A stretch of DNA of 64,000 bases from an uncultured Bacilli bacterium (GTDB lineage Bacteria; Bacillota_I; Bacilli_A; RF39; UBA660), in NCBI GenBank assembly GCA_944350315.1, contig CALVON010000025.1, forward strand, positions 1,208 through 65,207, read 5' to 3'. The notes below the pieces were generated by a model. That model was given only the letters and a program-made list of their open reading frames with translations. It had not been told where the DNA came from and searched no databases. The translations under genes and the position numbers were made by a program. Below are positions 52,413 to 62,938 of this stretch, one piece after another. Numbering within the stretch: position 1 is the stretch's first letter; every line of letters starts with the position of its first letter.

Positions 52413-52706
52413 TTAGTTACAATTTGTAGTATTAGTATATTCTTTATATTTGTTATTTATTTTTAAAACTATCAAAGCTAGTTCATTATATGATTTTATA
52501 TAATTTTGATAATCTTTATCTAAAAGAATTAATTTTTTAATAGCTATTTTCTCATGGATATTTTTTTCATTTTGATACTGTTTTATTAAAGATAAAAGAT
52601 TATCATTTTTTAGTAATCTTGTTTTAGAAATTGTCATTTTTTTTATCATATTAGATGATTCTATAGCATCTAATAATTCATATGTTTTTATGATGATATC
52701 TGACAT
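52413..52706 (-). CDS. YlbF/RicF-like protein
   Basis: ELLDAIESS N-terminus; synteny after ylbD/ylbE-like genes. Confidence 0.5.
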   Translation of the reverse strand: MSDIIIKTYELLDAIESSNMIKKMTISKTRLLKNDNLLSLIKQYQNEKNIHEKIAIKKLILLDKDYQNYIKSYNELALIVLKINNKYKEYTNTTNCN

Positions 52707-52756
52707 ATTATCACCTAGATATATAATAGCATAATAGTAAAAAGATGTCTATAAAA

Positions 52757-52978
52757 TCATTTTAAGACATCTAAAAACGTTTTAAACATATTAATATTAT
52801 CCATCATTTTATTTATTTTATCAGATGGCTTTAATTTATATTTATCTTTCATATCATTTATAAAATCTTTATAGTACATACTATTTCTATTTAAGTATTT
52901 ATACCAATATGAGTTTTCTCTTAAAAATATTTTTTGCTTTTCGTCTTGATTAATTCGATATTGAATATCTAGCTGCAT
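52757..52978 (-). CDS. YlbE-like protein
   Basis: FLRENSYWYKYLNRN...DKINK motif. Confidence 0.75.
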   Translation of the reverse strand: MQLDIQYRINQDEKQKIFLRENSYWYKYLNRNSMYYKDFINDMKDKYKLKPSDKINKMMDNINMFKTFLDVLK

Positions 52979-52980
52979 TA

Positions 52981-53337
52981 TTAATCCTCAAATCTTTTAT
53001 ATATTGCTCTTGGCTTATATGTATCTGCTTTAGGAGTTGACTTATTTGCAAACAAATCACTAAATAGTCCTACCGCTTTACTTAATGACTCTACTCCTGT
53101 TTGAAGTTTATCAACATCAATATTTTTAGCAAGAGTAATCACATCGTTTAAGGTTGTAGAGCTTTTTTTTGTATTATTTTGGTAGTCATTCCAAATTTCA
53201 TTATCTTCTCCATACATATCATATAATTCATAAAATTTTTGCCATGTCATTGACCCATCTTTAATATAATTTGCAAAGCTAGGATTTTTTTTAACAAATG
53301 CTTTAAAATTATCTATTTGACTCATATTGAACATCAC
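52981..53337 (-). CDS. YlbD-like spore coat protein
   Basis: FKAFVKKNP...TWQKFYELYDMYGED..IW. Confidence 0.8.
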   Translation of the reverse strand: MMFNMSQIDNFKAFVKKNPSFANYIKDGSMTWQKFYELYDMYGEDNEIWNDYQNNTKKSSTTLNDVITLAKNIDVDKLQTGVESLSKAVGLFSDLFANKSTPKADTYKPRAIYKRFED

Positions 53338-53414
53338 CTATTACATTATATGTCAAATTGTTCTATTTTTGACAGATTATGCTAAAGTAGTGTTATAATA
53401 TTTTATTGTAAGGA

Positions 53415-53882
53415 GTGGTTATGAAAAAGAATTATTTAATTATATTTGCTATTATCTTATTTACATTGTGCGGTTGTAGTAATAAATCTAAGGAAGTTAA
53501 GGGCATTGATGAATTTAATGAAATTAGTGTAAATAATGATTTTAAAGTTGTTGATAATATGAATTCTTATGAAAATATTAATTACATTGATTATGCTACT
53601 TTAGCAGTAATTGATGATGATAGTAATCTTGAAATGGTAATTTATGAATCAGTTGATTATGCAAAAGAAGTGCAAGAAAATCAGATAGAAAATTTTGCTA
53701 GTCGTAAAAGTACAGGAGCTACAGAGAAAAAAGATAAAGGAAAAAATTATTATAAATATTCTTTAATTTCTAATAATCGCTACATGGTTAGCTCCAGAGT
53801 TGAAAACACACTAATTTTTTGTAATACATCTTTGTCTAACAAAAGTAGTGTCGATGCAATATTAGAAGAATTAGAATATTAA
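53415..53882 (+). CDS. Lipoprotein, hypothetical
   Basis: MKKNYLIIFAIILFTLCGC lipobox. Confidence 0.75.
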   Translation: MVMKKNYLIIFAIILFTLCGCSNKSKEVKGIDEFNEISVNNDFKVVDNMNSYENINYIDYATLAVIDDDSNLEMVIYESVDYAKEVQENQIENFASRKSTGATEKKDKGKNYYKYSLISNNRYMVSSRVENTLIFCNTSLSNKSSVDAILEELEY

Positions 53883-53921
53883 TAAAAAGTATCTTGAGAA
53901 TTTCAAGGTACTTTTTTTATT

Positions 53922-55739
53922 TTATGATGCTTTTTTAGCATCAAATTTTTTTCTTTGCTCAGTATTTAAAATTTTCTTTCTTAATCTTAAGAAATGTGGA
54001 GTTACTTCTAAGAGTTCATCTGAATTTATATAGTCTAGGCAGTATTCTAGAGTGATTTGTCTTGGCCTTTTTAAAACAACTGTATGGTCTGATCCGGCAG
54101 CTCTAGTATTAGTTAATTGCTTTCCTTTTACCACATTAACTGCTAAATCATTTTCACGATTACACTCTCCTACAATCATGCCTTCGTATACTTCTTCACC
54201 TGGTTCAATAAACATTGTTCCTCTATCCTCAAGGTTACCAATGGCATAAGCAGTAGTTTTTCCATTTTCCATAGATACTAAAACGCCTAATTTTCTTTCA
54301 CCAACATGTATGTCCTCAATAGGCAAAAATTCTTTAAAAGAATGATTTAATATTCCATATCCTTTTGTCATAGTCATGAAATCAGTAGAAAAGCCAATTA
54401 AGCCTCTTGATGGGATAGTATAGTTAAGTCTTACCAAATTATTGACATTTGTCATATTTTTCATTTTTGCACCACGAAGTCCTAAGGCTTCAATAACATT
54501 ACCAACTGATTCTTCAGGAACTTCTATTTGCACTTCTTCATATGGTTCATATTTTTTATCATCAATTTCTTTAATTATTACTTCTGGTTTAGATACTTGA
54601 AGCTCATATCCTTCTCTTCTTAAGTTTTCAATTAAAATTGATAAGTGTAATTCACCACGACCAGAAACTATCCATGAATCTTGACCAGACGTTTCTACGC
54701 GAAGCGAAACGTCTCTCTGTGTTTCACGATATAATCTTTCTTCTATTTTTCTAGCTGTAACAAATTCACCATCTTTGCCAACAAAAGGACTATCGTTAGT
54801 CATAAAAGTCATCTTTAACGTAGGCTCATCGATTCTTAATATTGGAAGCGCTTCGATTTGTCCAATATCTGTAACAGTTTCTCCGACAGAAATATCAGGA
54901 AGGCCTGCAATAGCTATAATATCTCCAGCACGAGCTTCTTTTACCTCTATTCTTTTTAGACCAGAAAATCCAAACAATTTTTGAATTCTAAATTGTTTAA
55001 TTGTTCCATCTAATCTAATACAAGATACCATTTGGTTTTCTTTAACAATACCAGATTTAATACAACCAACACCTATTCTTCCTACAAATTCATTATAGTC
55101 AAGAAGAGCTGGTTGAAATTTTAGTGGAGCATTAACATCTACTTTAGGAGCTGGTATTTCATTAATAATTAAATTATATATACAAGAATAATCTTCTGCT
55201 TGAGTTGATAAATCTGGACTTAATGACGCTGTTCCATTTAAGGCTGAAACGTATGCTACATTAAAATCTAGCTGATCATCATTTGCTCCTAGTTCAATAA
55301 ACAAATCAATAACTTCATCGACAACCTCTTGAAGTCTTGCTGTAGGTTTATCAACTTTATTAATAATTACTATTGGTTTAACATTAGCTTCAAGAGCTTT
55401 TTTTAATACAAATCTAGTTTGAGGCATAGTTCCTTCATATGCATCTACTAATAAAAGAACTCCATCAACCATATTCATTATTCTTTCAACTTCACCGCCA
55501 AAATCAGCATGTCCTGGAGTGTCTAATATATTTATTTTATATTCATTATAATTTATTGATGTTGGTTTTGCTAAAATTGTAATTCCGCGTTCCCTTTCTA
55601 TATCATTTGAGTCCATAGCACGAACTTCTACTTGTTCATTTTCTCTAAATGTTCCTGATTTTTTTAATAACTGATCTACTAAGGTTGTTTTTCCATGGTC
55701 TACGTGAGCTATTATTGCAATGTTTCTAATACTATCCAT
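53922..55739 (-). CDS. typA: Translational GTPase TypA/BipA
   Basis: [37 protein letters not shown]. Confidence 0.98.
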   Translation of the reverse strand: MDSIRNIAIIAHVDHGKTTLVDQLLKKSGTFRENEQVEVRAMDSNDIERERGITILAKPTSINYNEYKINILDTPGHADFGGEVERIMNMVDGVLLLVDAYEGTMPQTRFVLKKALEANVKPIVIINKVDKPTARLQEVVDEVIDLFIELGANDDQLDFNVAYVSALNGTASLSPDLSTQAEDYSCIYNLIINEIPAPKVDVNAPLKFQPALLDYNEFVGRIGVGCIKSGIVKENQMVSCIRLDGTIKQFRIQKLFGFSGLKRIEVKEARAGDIIAIAGLPDISVGETVTDIGQIEALPILRIDEPTLKMTFMTNDSPFVGKDGEFVTARKIEERLYRETQRDVSLRVETSGQDSWIVSGRGELHLSILIENLRREGYELQVSKPEVIIKEIDDKKYEPYEEVQIEVPEESVGNVIEALGLRGAKMKNMTNVNNLVRLNYTIPSRGLIGFSTDFMTMTKGYGILNHSFKEFLPIEDIHVGERKLGVLVSMENGKTTAYAIGNLEDRGTMFIEPGEEVYEGMIVGECNRENDLAVNVVKGKQLTNTRAAGSDHTVVLKRPRQITLEYCLDYINSDELLEVTPHFLRLRKKILNTEQRKKFDAKKAS

Positions 55740-55847
55740 AATTATCCTTCTTTCTCTCACACAAGTTATAATTATATGACATAAGTTATAAAAAAACAAG
55801 AAAAAATAAATATTTTTTTACTTATTACATAAATAATACATTGTTTA

Positions 55848-56474
55848 TTAATTGTTTATTTTATCTTTATTCTCATAAACAGGTTTATAACTTAAGCGAT
55901 GATATTTTGTTATACCATATTTTTTTATGGCTTCAATGTGTTTTTTTGTTCCGTACCCTTTATTATTTTTTAAATCGTACATCGGATATTCTTTATCAAT
56001 TTCATATAGCATATGATCTCTTGTAACTTTGGCTATTACCGAAGCTGCTGATATGGAAATGCTTAAAAGGTCTCCTTTAATAATAGAGGTTGTTGGAATA
56101 TCTAAATTTAGAGGCATAGCGTCAATTAAGATATGATCTGGTTTTATATTTAAATTATTAATAGCCATAATCATAGCTTCTTTTGTGGCTTCATATATAT
56201 TAATTTCATCAATTCTTTTTTCGGAGATAATACCAATACCTATAGAAATAGCTTGTTCTTTAATAATTTGATAAAACATTTCTCTTTTCTTTTCTGATAA
56301 TTTTTTGGAATCAGTCAACCCTTCCAAAGTAAAATTTTCAGGAAGTATTACTGCTGCTGCTACTACCGGTCCAATTAATGGTCCTCTCCCTACTTCATCT
56401 ACGCCAGCAATATATTTTTTTCCTTTTTTATATAATTCTTTTTCATATTTATAATTGTCTATTAATTCTTTCAT
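55848..56474 (-). CDS. rnhB: Ribonuclease HII
   Basis: AGVDEVGRGPL, DSKKL, SAASVIAKV, KGYGT. Confidence 0.97.
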   Translation of the reverse strand: MKELIDNYKYEKELYKKGKKYIAGVDEVGRGPLIGPVVAAAVILPENFTLEGLTDSKKLSEKKREMFYQIIKEQAISIGIGIISEKRIDEINIYEATKEAMIMAINNLNIKPDHILIDAMPLNLDIPTTSIIKGDLLSISISAASVIAKVTRDHMLYEIDKEYPMYDLKNNKGYGTKKHIEAIKKYGITKYHRLSYKPVYENKDKINN

Positions 56475-56538
56475 AATATCACACTTTCAATACCATTATA
56501 AAAAAAAAGAAGGAATAAATCAATTACTTAAATTACCT

Positions 56539-56640
56539 TTATTCATCTTCTTTAATATTTAAATAAGAATTTAATTTAATAAAAGACACATTATCTATCA
56601 TTTCATCTATTATATCATCTAATAAAACATATTCTGGCAT
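56539..56640 (-). CDS. Putative 33-aa acidic peptide
   Basis: MPEYVLLDDIIDEMIDNVSFIKLNSYLNIKEDE with AAAGGAG RBS; below ORF-track cutoff. Confidence 0.5.
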   Translation of the reverse strand: MPEYVLLDDIIDEMIDNVSFIKLNSYLNIKEDE

Positions 56641-56697
56641 ATCTTTTCTCCTTTACTTTTATTAGATAATATCATAAAAAAATTTTTTTGTGTTAAA

Positions 56698-56704
56698 TTC
56701 GACA
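56698..56704 (-). promoter_or_regulatory. Spo0A box (TGTCGAA)
   Basis: Exact TGNCGAA match upstream of the 33-aa ORF. Confidence 0.35.
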
Positions 56705-56711
56705 AAACTAG

Positions 56712-56936
56712 TTATTTATTTCTAGTATCAACTAGAATAATATCATCTCCTATTTTTACAATTTGACTCCACGATACATTATACTCTTCTCTCGTAAATT
56801 TACGTCCTCTTTTTTCTTCTAAAACTAAAGTTTTTATAAATCCTTTTTCATCTACAACTGCATCTACTATTACACCAATTCTTTTTCCATTATATATATT
56901 TACAATTTCTTTTAATTGAAGATCTGATAATCTCAT
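56712..56936 (-). CDS. YlmC/YmxH PRC-barrel sporulation protein
   Basis: MRLSDLQLKEIVNIYNGKRIG...WSQIVKIGDDIILVD. Confidence 0.92.
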   Translation of the reverse strand: MRLSDLQLKEIVNIYNGKRIGVIVDAVVDEKGFIKTLVLEEKRGRKFTREEYNVSWSQIVKIGDDIILVDTRNK

Positions 56937-56959
56937 ATTATCACCTATTTAAATATATT

Positions 56960-57733
56960 CTATTTAATTAATTTTTTGATATTTGTAATGGCACTTTTTT
57001 CAATTCTTGATATTTGTGCTTGACTAATACCTAGCTCGCTAGCTATTTCCATTTGTGTTTTTCCTATTAAAAAGCGATCTCTTAAAATTTGAAGTTCTCT
57101 TACTTTTAATTTTTCCATGGCCTTTTCTAATGCTAATTTTAAGTCTTTATCGTATTCATCTTTAGGAGATGATAATTGATCATATAGATAAATCGTATCT
57201 CCACCATCGTTATAAATCGGTTCATACATACTTACAGGTTCTTTTAACGAAGTTAGGGCGTTAGCAATATCATATTCGGATACTCCTAAAATTTCTGATA
57301 GTTCTTTGTCTGTAGGCATTTTTCCATCAATGGTCATTAATTCTTCTCTTAATTTTATTATTTTGTGTGCTAAATCCTTGACACTCCTAGAAATTCTTAA
57401 TGAGATATTATCTCTAATATATCTTTTCATTTCTCCGATAATTAATGGACATGCATATGTTGATAAAGTAACATTATAAGATAGGTCAAAATTATCTATT
57501 GCCTTTACTAATCCTAAACATCCTACTTGAAATAAATCATCTAAATTATCAACTTTATTATTATATTTTTTTAAAATTGATAAGACTAACTTTAAATTAC
57601 CTTTTATCAAATCTTCTCTAGCAAAGGGATCTCCATTTTTCATTTTAATAAATAATTGATAATTTTCTTCATTAGTCAAAGGTTTTAATAAACTTGTATT
57701 AATACCACAAATATCTACTTTATATTTTGACAT
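56960..57733 (-). CDS. sigG: Forespore sigma factor SigG
   Basis: KVDICGINTS, DDLFQVGCLGL, YEPIYNDGGDTIY, GKTQMEIA; followed by ylmC. Confidence 0.94.
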   Translation of the reverse strand: MSKYKVDICGINTSLLKPLTNEENYQLFIKMKNGDPFAREDLIKGNLKLVLSILKKYNNKVDNLDDLFQVGCLGLVKAIDNFDLSYNVTLSTYACPLIIGEMKRYIRDNISLRISRSVKDLAHKIIKLREELMTIDGKMPTDKELSEILGVSEYDIANALTSLKEPVSMYEPIYNDGGDTIYLYDQLSSPKDEYDKDLKLALEKAMEKLKVRELQILRDRFLIGKTQMEIASELGISQAQISRIEKSAITNIKKLIK

Positions 57734-57896
57734 AAAAAAGCTCCTTTCACTTATATATTGTTATGAAAAGAGTCTTTTTAAACATTTATTTATTTTTTTA
57801 TGTTTTATTATTTTTTTATAGGCTAGTTTCAAATCTGGTTTTAGTTATAATTTTCAATAAAATTTTTACTTTATAATAAATTACTTTAAATTGCTG

Positions 57897-58547
57897 TTAT
57901 AAATATTTCTTTAGCTTTTTCTTAGCTTTTGATTTAATTGTTTTATCACCAATAAAAATGATTATAAATAGAAGAATAGCTACTGTAACTATATCAAATT
58001 TTGTATAATCATTTGTTTCTTCTCCATCTTTTTTTTCTATTGTTGTATCCATAACTTCTCCATCATAATTATTAGCAGCTTCAGTATTCCATATACCAAT
58101 ATTTTTAGCTGATGCTAGTTCTTGTTTTTCTTCTAATAAATTGGTATATTTATAATCGTCATATAGATATGCTACTTTGGCATAGCCATTTTCTACTAAT
58201 AATTCTTGAAGAAGTTCATCATCAACAAAAACCCAAGCCAGTAATCGATCATATTTGTCGTTTTTATCACTATTTGCATCATATTCTAACTCAATTTTTT
58301 TGGCGTTTGTTAATTTATCACATGTATAGTTACTGGCTTCTTTTCCATAGTATTCTACTCCTTTTGTAGGATGAACCGTTTCTGGAGTATCTACTGCTAG
58401 CATTCTAACGGTGTATTCTTCTTCGTTTAAAATTACTTTAAAAGTATCTCCATCGACGCATTTGGAAAATGTTACTTCTTCGTTAGCGTAGACATTTGCT
58501 ATTGGCAAAATAAATATAATAAATACAAAAATTAATTTTCTTTTCAC
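57897..58547 (-). CDS. Thermonuclease (SNase) family, membrane anchored
   Basis: VDGDT, VRMLAVDTPE, DKYDRLLAWV, LVENGYA. Confidence 0.92.
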   Translation of the reverse strand: MKRKLIFVFIIFILPIANVYANEEVTFSKCVDGDTFKVILNEEEYTVRMLAVDTPETVHPTKGVEYYGKEASNYTCDKLTNAKKIELEYDANSDKNDKYDRLLAWVFVDDELLQELLVENGYAKVAYLYDDYKYTNLLEEKQELASAKNIGIWNTEAANNYDGEVMDTTIEKKDGEETNDYTKFDIVTVAILLFIIIFIGDKTIKSKAKKKLKKYL

Positions 58548-58597
58548 TTTATACTACCTCTAGATTAAGTATAGCAAAAAATTAATTATTTGTAAAT

Positions 58598-59023
58598 TTA
58601 ATTTATAAACATAAAGTTTAGATATAGAGCTACTAATAACCAAATAATATAGGGAATTTGCAGATATCCCGATAGTTTATTTATTGATAAGAACTTTTTA
58701 ATCATTATTGCTACTAAAATTATTAAAATAATAATCCAAATAAATGCTAATAAGAAATTTTTTAAGGAAAAAAAGATAAATACCCATAGATAGTTAAAAA
58801 TTAATTGAATAATATATATTTTAGGAACAGTGTAAATTTTTTCATATACTATATATGAAGAAATTCCCATTAATGTATATAATATTGTCCATACTACAGG
58901 AAATATCCAAGACGGAATAATACTATCAATATTAGAATTGGATACGGTAAGTAAGCCAATAACTCCTCCTATAAATATAGGAATAATAATAAAAATACTA
59001 AGTAGTTTGTAATTTATTTTCAT
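58598..59023 (-). CDS. TspO/MBR family protein
   Basis: PSWIFPVVWTILYTLMGIS, QLIFNYLW..IFF, PYIIWL. Confidence 0.9.
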   Translation of the reverse strand: MKINYKLLSIFIIIPIFIGGVIGLLTVSNSNIDSIIPSWIFPVVWTILYTLMGISSYIVYEKIYTVPKIYIIQLIFNYLWVFIFFSLKNFLLAFIWIIILIILVAIMIKKFLSINKLSGYLQIPYIIWLLVALYLNFMFIN

Positions 59024-59065
59024 AAATCCTCCTTAGTATTAATATACTTATTTTTTTTATATTTA

Positions 59066-59956
59066 TTATTTATTTTTTATTTCTTTATAGTAATCATGAC
59101 GTGGGTTTTGATTATATTCCTCTTCTATTGCTTTCAAAATTGATTCATTATTTTCTGATGAATATCCTGTAAAAAATTGATCACCAATTATTATACAGGG
59201 AACATATTTTGTCGATATTCCAGAAACATCAGAAAACTCTTTCATTAAATTACTATTTTCTTGATCATACCATACTTCAAAAGCATAAATATTAATTTTA
59301 TCTTGATATTCATCATAAATACTTTCTAAGAATGCAAATTCATTTTCACAATTTGCACAACCATTTCCCCAAAATAAATAAATATTTAATTTGTCTGTGT
59401 CATTAGTTATATCTTCTTCATGATAGTATCTATTTATATTATTTGCAATTAAAGTGTCGGAATCGTCATCTTCTTCGGTTTTATTAAAATTATCCTCTTC
59501 TTGTGGCTTTTCTAATATAATCTTTTTTGTAAACCATTCATAAAAGCCATCTTTTGTTTCATAGTATTTTAAATGCTCTTCTTTATCAGCTTCAAGAAAA
59601 GAAATAATTTCTCCTTCTTGATATATTGCTACTGTTGGAAAATATTTTAGTTTTTCTTTTATTTCAGTGTTATCTATTTCTGTACCAGAAATTTTGTAGA
59701 AACTTATTTCATATTCTGTTAAAAATTCATTTAATACTGTGTTAAAATTTGCTGAAGTGATGCAATTTGGCATATATACAAATACGGCAAATGATTTTTG
59801 ATTATTTTCAAGTTCTTTTAGTTTGCTATTATCTATTTCTATAAATCCTACATCTTGCTTATATTCTTCACTTAAACTATAGGAATAATTTTCTTCTTTT
59901 TGGCATCCTGTTAATAAAAGGAAAACTAAGAAGAAGTATTTTATAATTTTTTTCAT
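59066..59956 (-). CDS. Lipoprotein with two thioredoxin-like domains
   Basis: LLTGC lipobox; PNCITS...YFPT and WGNGCANC...YVPCIIIG. Confidence 0.75.
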   Translation of the reverse strand: MKKIIKYFFLVFLLLTGCQKEENYSYSLSEEYKQDVGFIEIDNSKLKELENNQKSFAVFVYMPNCITSANFNTVLNEFLTEYEISFYKISGTEIDNTEIKEKLKYFPTVAIYQEGEIISFLEADKEEHLKYYETKDGFYEWFTKKIILEKPQEEDNFNKTEEDDDSDTLIANNINRYYHEEDITNDTDKLNIYLFWGNGCANCENEFAFLESIYDEYQDKINIYAFEVWYDQENSNLMKEFSDVSGISTKYVPCIIIGDQFFTGYSSENNESILKAIEEEYNQNPRHDYYKEIKNK

Positions 59957-60621
59957 TTTGTTACCTCGTGTAAAATAGTAAAATCAATATTATGATATGG
60001 AACTTTCCAAAAATCATATGTTACTTCGCCATCTTCTGTATCTTTTACTTGAACATTATTTTCTCCTTCGTAGTACCAATAGCCACCAATATTATATATT
60101 TTATTTTCATCCCATCCTAAAGCTACTAACATATTTTTAGTCATTCCTGCATATCCACCACCACCACACATTAAGAAAATATATTTATCTTTTGGAAAAT
60201 AATATTCTAATATTTCTAATGATTCTTCATAATTAGCTATATAATCTCCATCATCTGTTAATGTGTATAAAGTTTTTCCTGTATATCCTGTGCCAACTTC
60301 TTCTGGTAAGTCTTTAACAGTACATAGTAATGGATATGGAATAACCTCAAATCCTTTAATAAATCCTGATAAATATGAGTCTCCACCAATATTTTCATAG
60401 TCTGCTTCGTCAACTAACATACGCATATCATAGTATACTGTATCATCTCGTTGTAAGTAAGAATCAATTGTAGATTCATTTATGTTTGCATCAATTCCAA
60501 AGCTCCCTCTTAATCCTTCTGTTACTTCAGGTTTAGGTAATTCATTATTATTGCATCCGCATAGTAAAAATAATATTAAAGTAAATATAATGGTTATTTT
60601 ATATTTATTTTTTTTAGTCAT
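59953..60621 (-). CDS. Rhodanese-like lipoprotein
   Basis: LLCGC lipobox; YYDMR, GFIKGF, FLMCGGGGYAG, IYNIGG. Confidence 0.7.
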   Translation of the reverse strand: MTKKNKYKITIIFTLILFLLCGCNNNELPKPEVTEGLRGSFGIDANINESTIDSYLQRDDTVYYDMRMLVDEADYENIGGDSYLSGFIKGFEVIPYPLLCTVKDLPEEVGTGYTGKTLYTLTDDGDYIANYEESLEILEYYFPKDKYIFLMCGGGGYAGMTKNMLVALGWDENKIYNIGGYWYYEGENNVQVKDTEDGEVTYDFWKVPYHNIDFTILHEVTK

Positions 60622-60688
60622 GTGTTCCTCCTTCATGTTTAATATTTTATATTTATATTTGTTTTTTTGCAATAAAGAGGCAGTTGAA

Positions 60689-60712
60689 AAAACTCAACGC
60701 TTGGTTGAGTTT
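60689..60712 (-). terminator. Intrinsic terminator after XRE gene
   Basis: AAACTCAAC-5nt-GTTGAGTTT stem with T-tract. Confidence 0.6.
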
Positions 60713-61429
60713 TTATTTTGTACAGTTGTCTTCTAGTTCTAATGGTATTTTATAGGTTGTTATTTTTCCATTAGTATCAGTTGCATTAATTAATAAATAT
60801 AGGGTATCTTTTTGATATTTTTTGCATGTACTAGTATAATCATCAATATTAAAAGTAATATCTTTCAAAAAATCATCTAATTTTATTGTATTATTATCTA
60901 AATAATTATAGCTATCTATAATAGTTTCTATATTATTATTTTTTTCATATAATGAACATTCAATTTTTTGATAATCAGTATTATCATGCTCTCCACAATA
61001 TGAAATATTTGAAATATAGATTGATGACTTTGTTTGATTATAGGCAATGCTTCCTGATATCTCAAAATGATCACAATTTGTAGAAATTGTCTTAAATTCA
61101 AATGATTCATTTTGAGTATATTTATATATTATAAAAGAAAATATTAAAACAATTACAACTACAATAAATAAAATAATTAAGCGATAGTTTCTTTTTACAG
61201 ATATATTAGATGGCAATTTTCCATCTAATATATCTTCAATATTTATATTAAAGTCTTCACTTATTCTTTTTAACAAAGAAATATCAGGCATATTTTTGCC
61301 ATTTTCCCATTTGGAAACAGCTTGATAGGTAACACCATATTTTTCTGCTAAATCTTTTTGTGTCAAATTATTTTTTTTTCTTATTTCTTTAATAAAATTT
61401 CCTATCTTTTCTTGATTCATAATTATCAC
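60713..61429 (-). CDS. XRE-family HTH regulator with TM helix and Cys-containing C-terminal domain
   Basis: LTQKDLAEKYGVTYQAVSKWENG..PD, hydrophobic segment. Confidence 0.88.
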   Translation of the reverse strand: MIIMNQEKIGNFIKEIRKKNNLTQKDLAEKYGVTYQAVSKWENGKNMPDISLLKRISEDFNINIEDILDGKLPSNISVKRNYRLIILFIVVVIVLIFSFIIYKYTQNESFEFKTISTNCDHFEISGSIAYNQTKSSIYISNISYCGEHDNTDYQKIECSLYEKNNNIETIIDSYNYLDNNTIKLDDFLKDITFNIDDYTSTCKKYQKDTLYLLINATDTNGKITTYKIPLELEDNCTK

Positions 61430-61569
61430 TTCCTAACTATATAAATTAATATTTAATTATGAATTTTATATAATTTATTATATCATAAAAAAATAACAAT
61501 TATAATTATTTTTTTATTATTGATATATTAATTATTTTAAATAGTATAACAAAAAATTAATCAAGTTAA

Positions 61570-61980
61570 TTATTTGATTAATTTTTTGTTATTTTCATTA
61601 CTAATTTCAAGTTTATAATAGTATTCTTCTTCTGATAAAGCTTTATAGTCCATTTTACCATCTGCTCTTTGATAGTAATATAGATAATATTTTTTCCAGT
61701 ATTTTCCTGTTTCAAAACAAATGGCTATACAGAAACTTGTACTTCAGAAGGAACACTTACAAAAGTAATTTTGTCATCTTTAATGATAACTAAATCAATA
61801 ATACTAGATATTTTGTTTGCATAGACACCACTTTTTAAATAATCTGATTCTAAAAATCTTTTTTCTGGAAGTGAAACACTAGTGATACCATTATATCCAA
61901 ACATAAAGCTATCAATAAATGTTGTATTTTGTCCTTCTTTCATGTTAATTGTCAATTGATTTTTATATATTTGTAGTATT
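61570..61980 (-). pseudogene. Possible frameshifted gene remnant
   Basis: 76-aa ORF without a clear RBS; protein-like continuation in another frame (FETGKYWKKYYLYYYQRADGKMDYKALSEEEYYYKLE). Confidence 0.3.
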
Positions 61981-61984
61981 ATTG

Positions 61985-62869
61985 TTAGTCGATATTTATT
62001 AATTCGTATTCACGACTTCCTAATTTATGCTGACATGCTGCTTCTATAGTATGAATTCCATGCCTTGATGTCATTCTTTCTATTAATGAGGCTTTTCCTT
62101 TATCTGGTGAATTAATTACAGAATCGTAACAAGCTTGATCTATAGCTACTGGATCTAGAGACGCAAAAATACCGATATCAGCCATTTCTGGTTTATGTGG
62201 ATTAGGATCACAATCGCAATCTACTGATAAGTTATTAGCTACATTGATGTATATAATATTTTCTTTTCCTTTATAGTCAATAATTGATTTTACAGCATCT
62301 GCCATAGATTCTAAGAAATCATCTTGTTTTGGAAGGTTAGCCCATGTCTTTTCTTGATCTAGACTTGTTCCAGCTGAATGAATATTTAATTTCCCTTTTG
62401 TTGATGCAAAACCTATAGCCATATTTTTTAATGCTCCGCCAAATCCACCCATTGCATGTCCTTTAAAGTGTGATAGACATAATATTGAATCATATTTATC
62501 GATGTTTTTACCAACAATATTTTTATTTAAATGAAATCCATTTTCTATGGGGATTTCAAAGTCGCCATCTTCATCCATAATGTCACATGGAGCAATTTTT
62601 TTAAATCCATGTTCTTCGATGACTTTCCAATGGTCTTTGGGATTTTGTCTTTTACCACCATAAGCGGTTCCACATTCAATAATTGTACCATTTAATTTTT
62701 GGACTAAATCTTTAATTAAATTGGGATCTAAGAAATTATTTCCTCCTGGTTCTCCAGTTGATATTTTAACTCCTACTTTTCCTTTTAAATCTACTCCTAA
62801 TGATTCATAAATTCTAATCAAACTATCGGAGGTTACATTACTTGTAAAATATACTTTCGATTTATTCAT
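61985..62869 (-). CDS. DUF362 domain Fe-S-associated protein
   Basis: VKISTGEPG, LSHFKGHAMGGFGGALKN, VDCDC, ASLDPVAIDQAC. Confidence 0.88.
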   Translation of the reverse strand: MNKSKVYFTSNVTSDSLIRIYESLGVDLKGKVGVKISTGEPGGNNFLDPNLIKDLVQKLNGTIIECGTAYGGKRQNPKDHWKVIEEHGFKKIAPCDIMDEDGDFEIPIENGFHLNKNIVGKNIDKYDSILCLSHFKGHAMGGFGGALKNMAIGFASTKGKLNIHSAGTSLDQEKTWANLPKQDDFLESMADAVKSIIDYKGKENIIYINVANNLSVDCDCDPNPHKPEMADIGIFASLDPVAIDQACYDSVINSPDKGKASLIERMTSRHGIHTIEAACQHKLGSREYELINID

Positions 62870-62938
62870 AAATTAATCAATCCTTTCTTCTACATTTATT
62901 CAATTTTATTATTTTATAACAACACACTAAATAATTAT

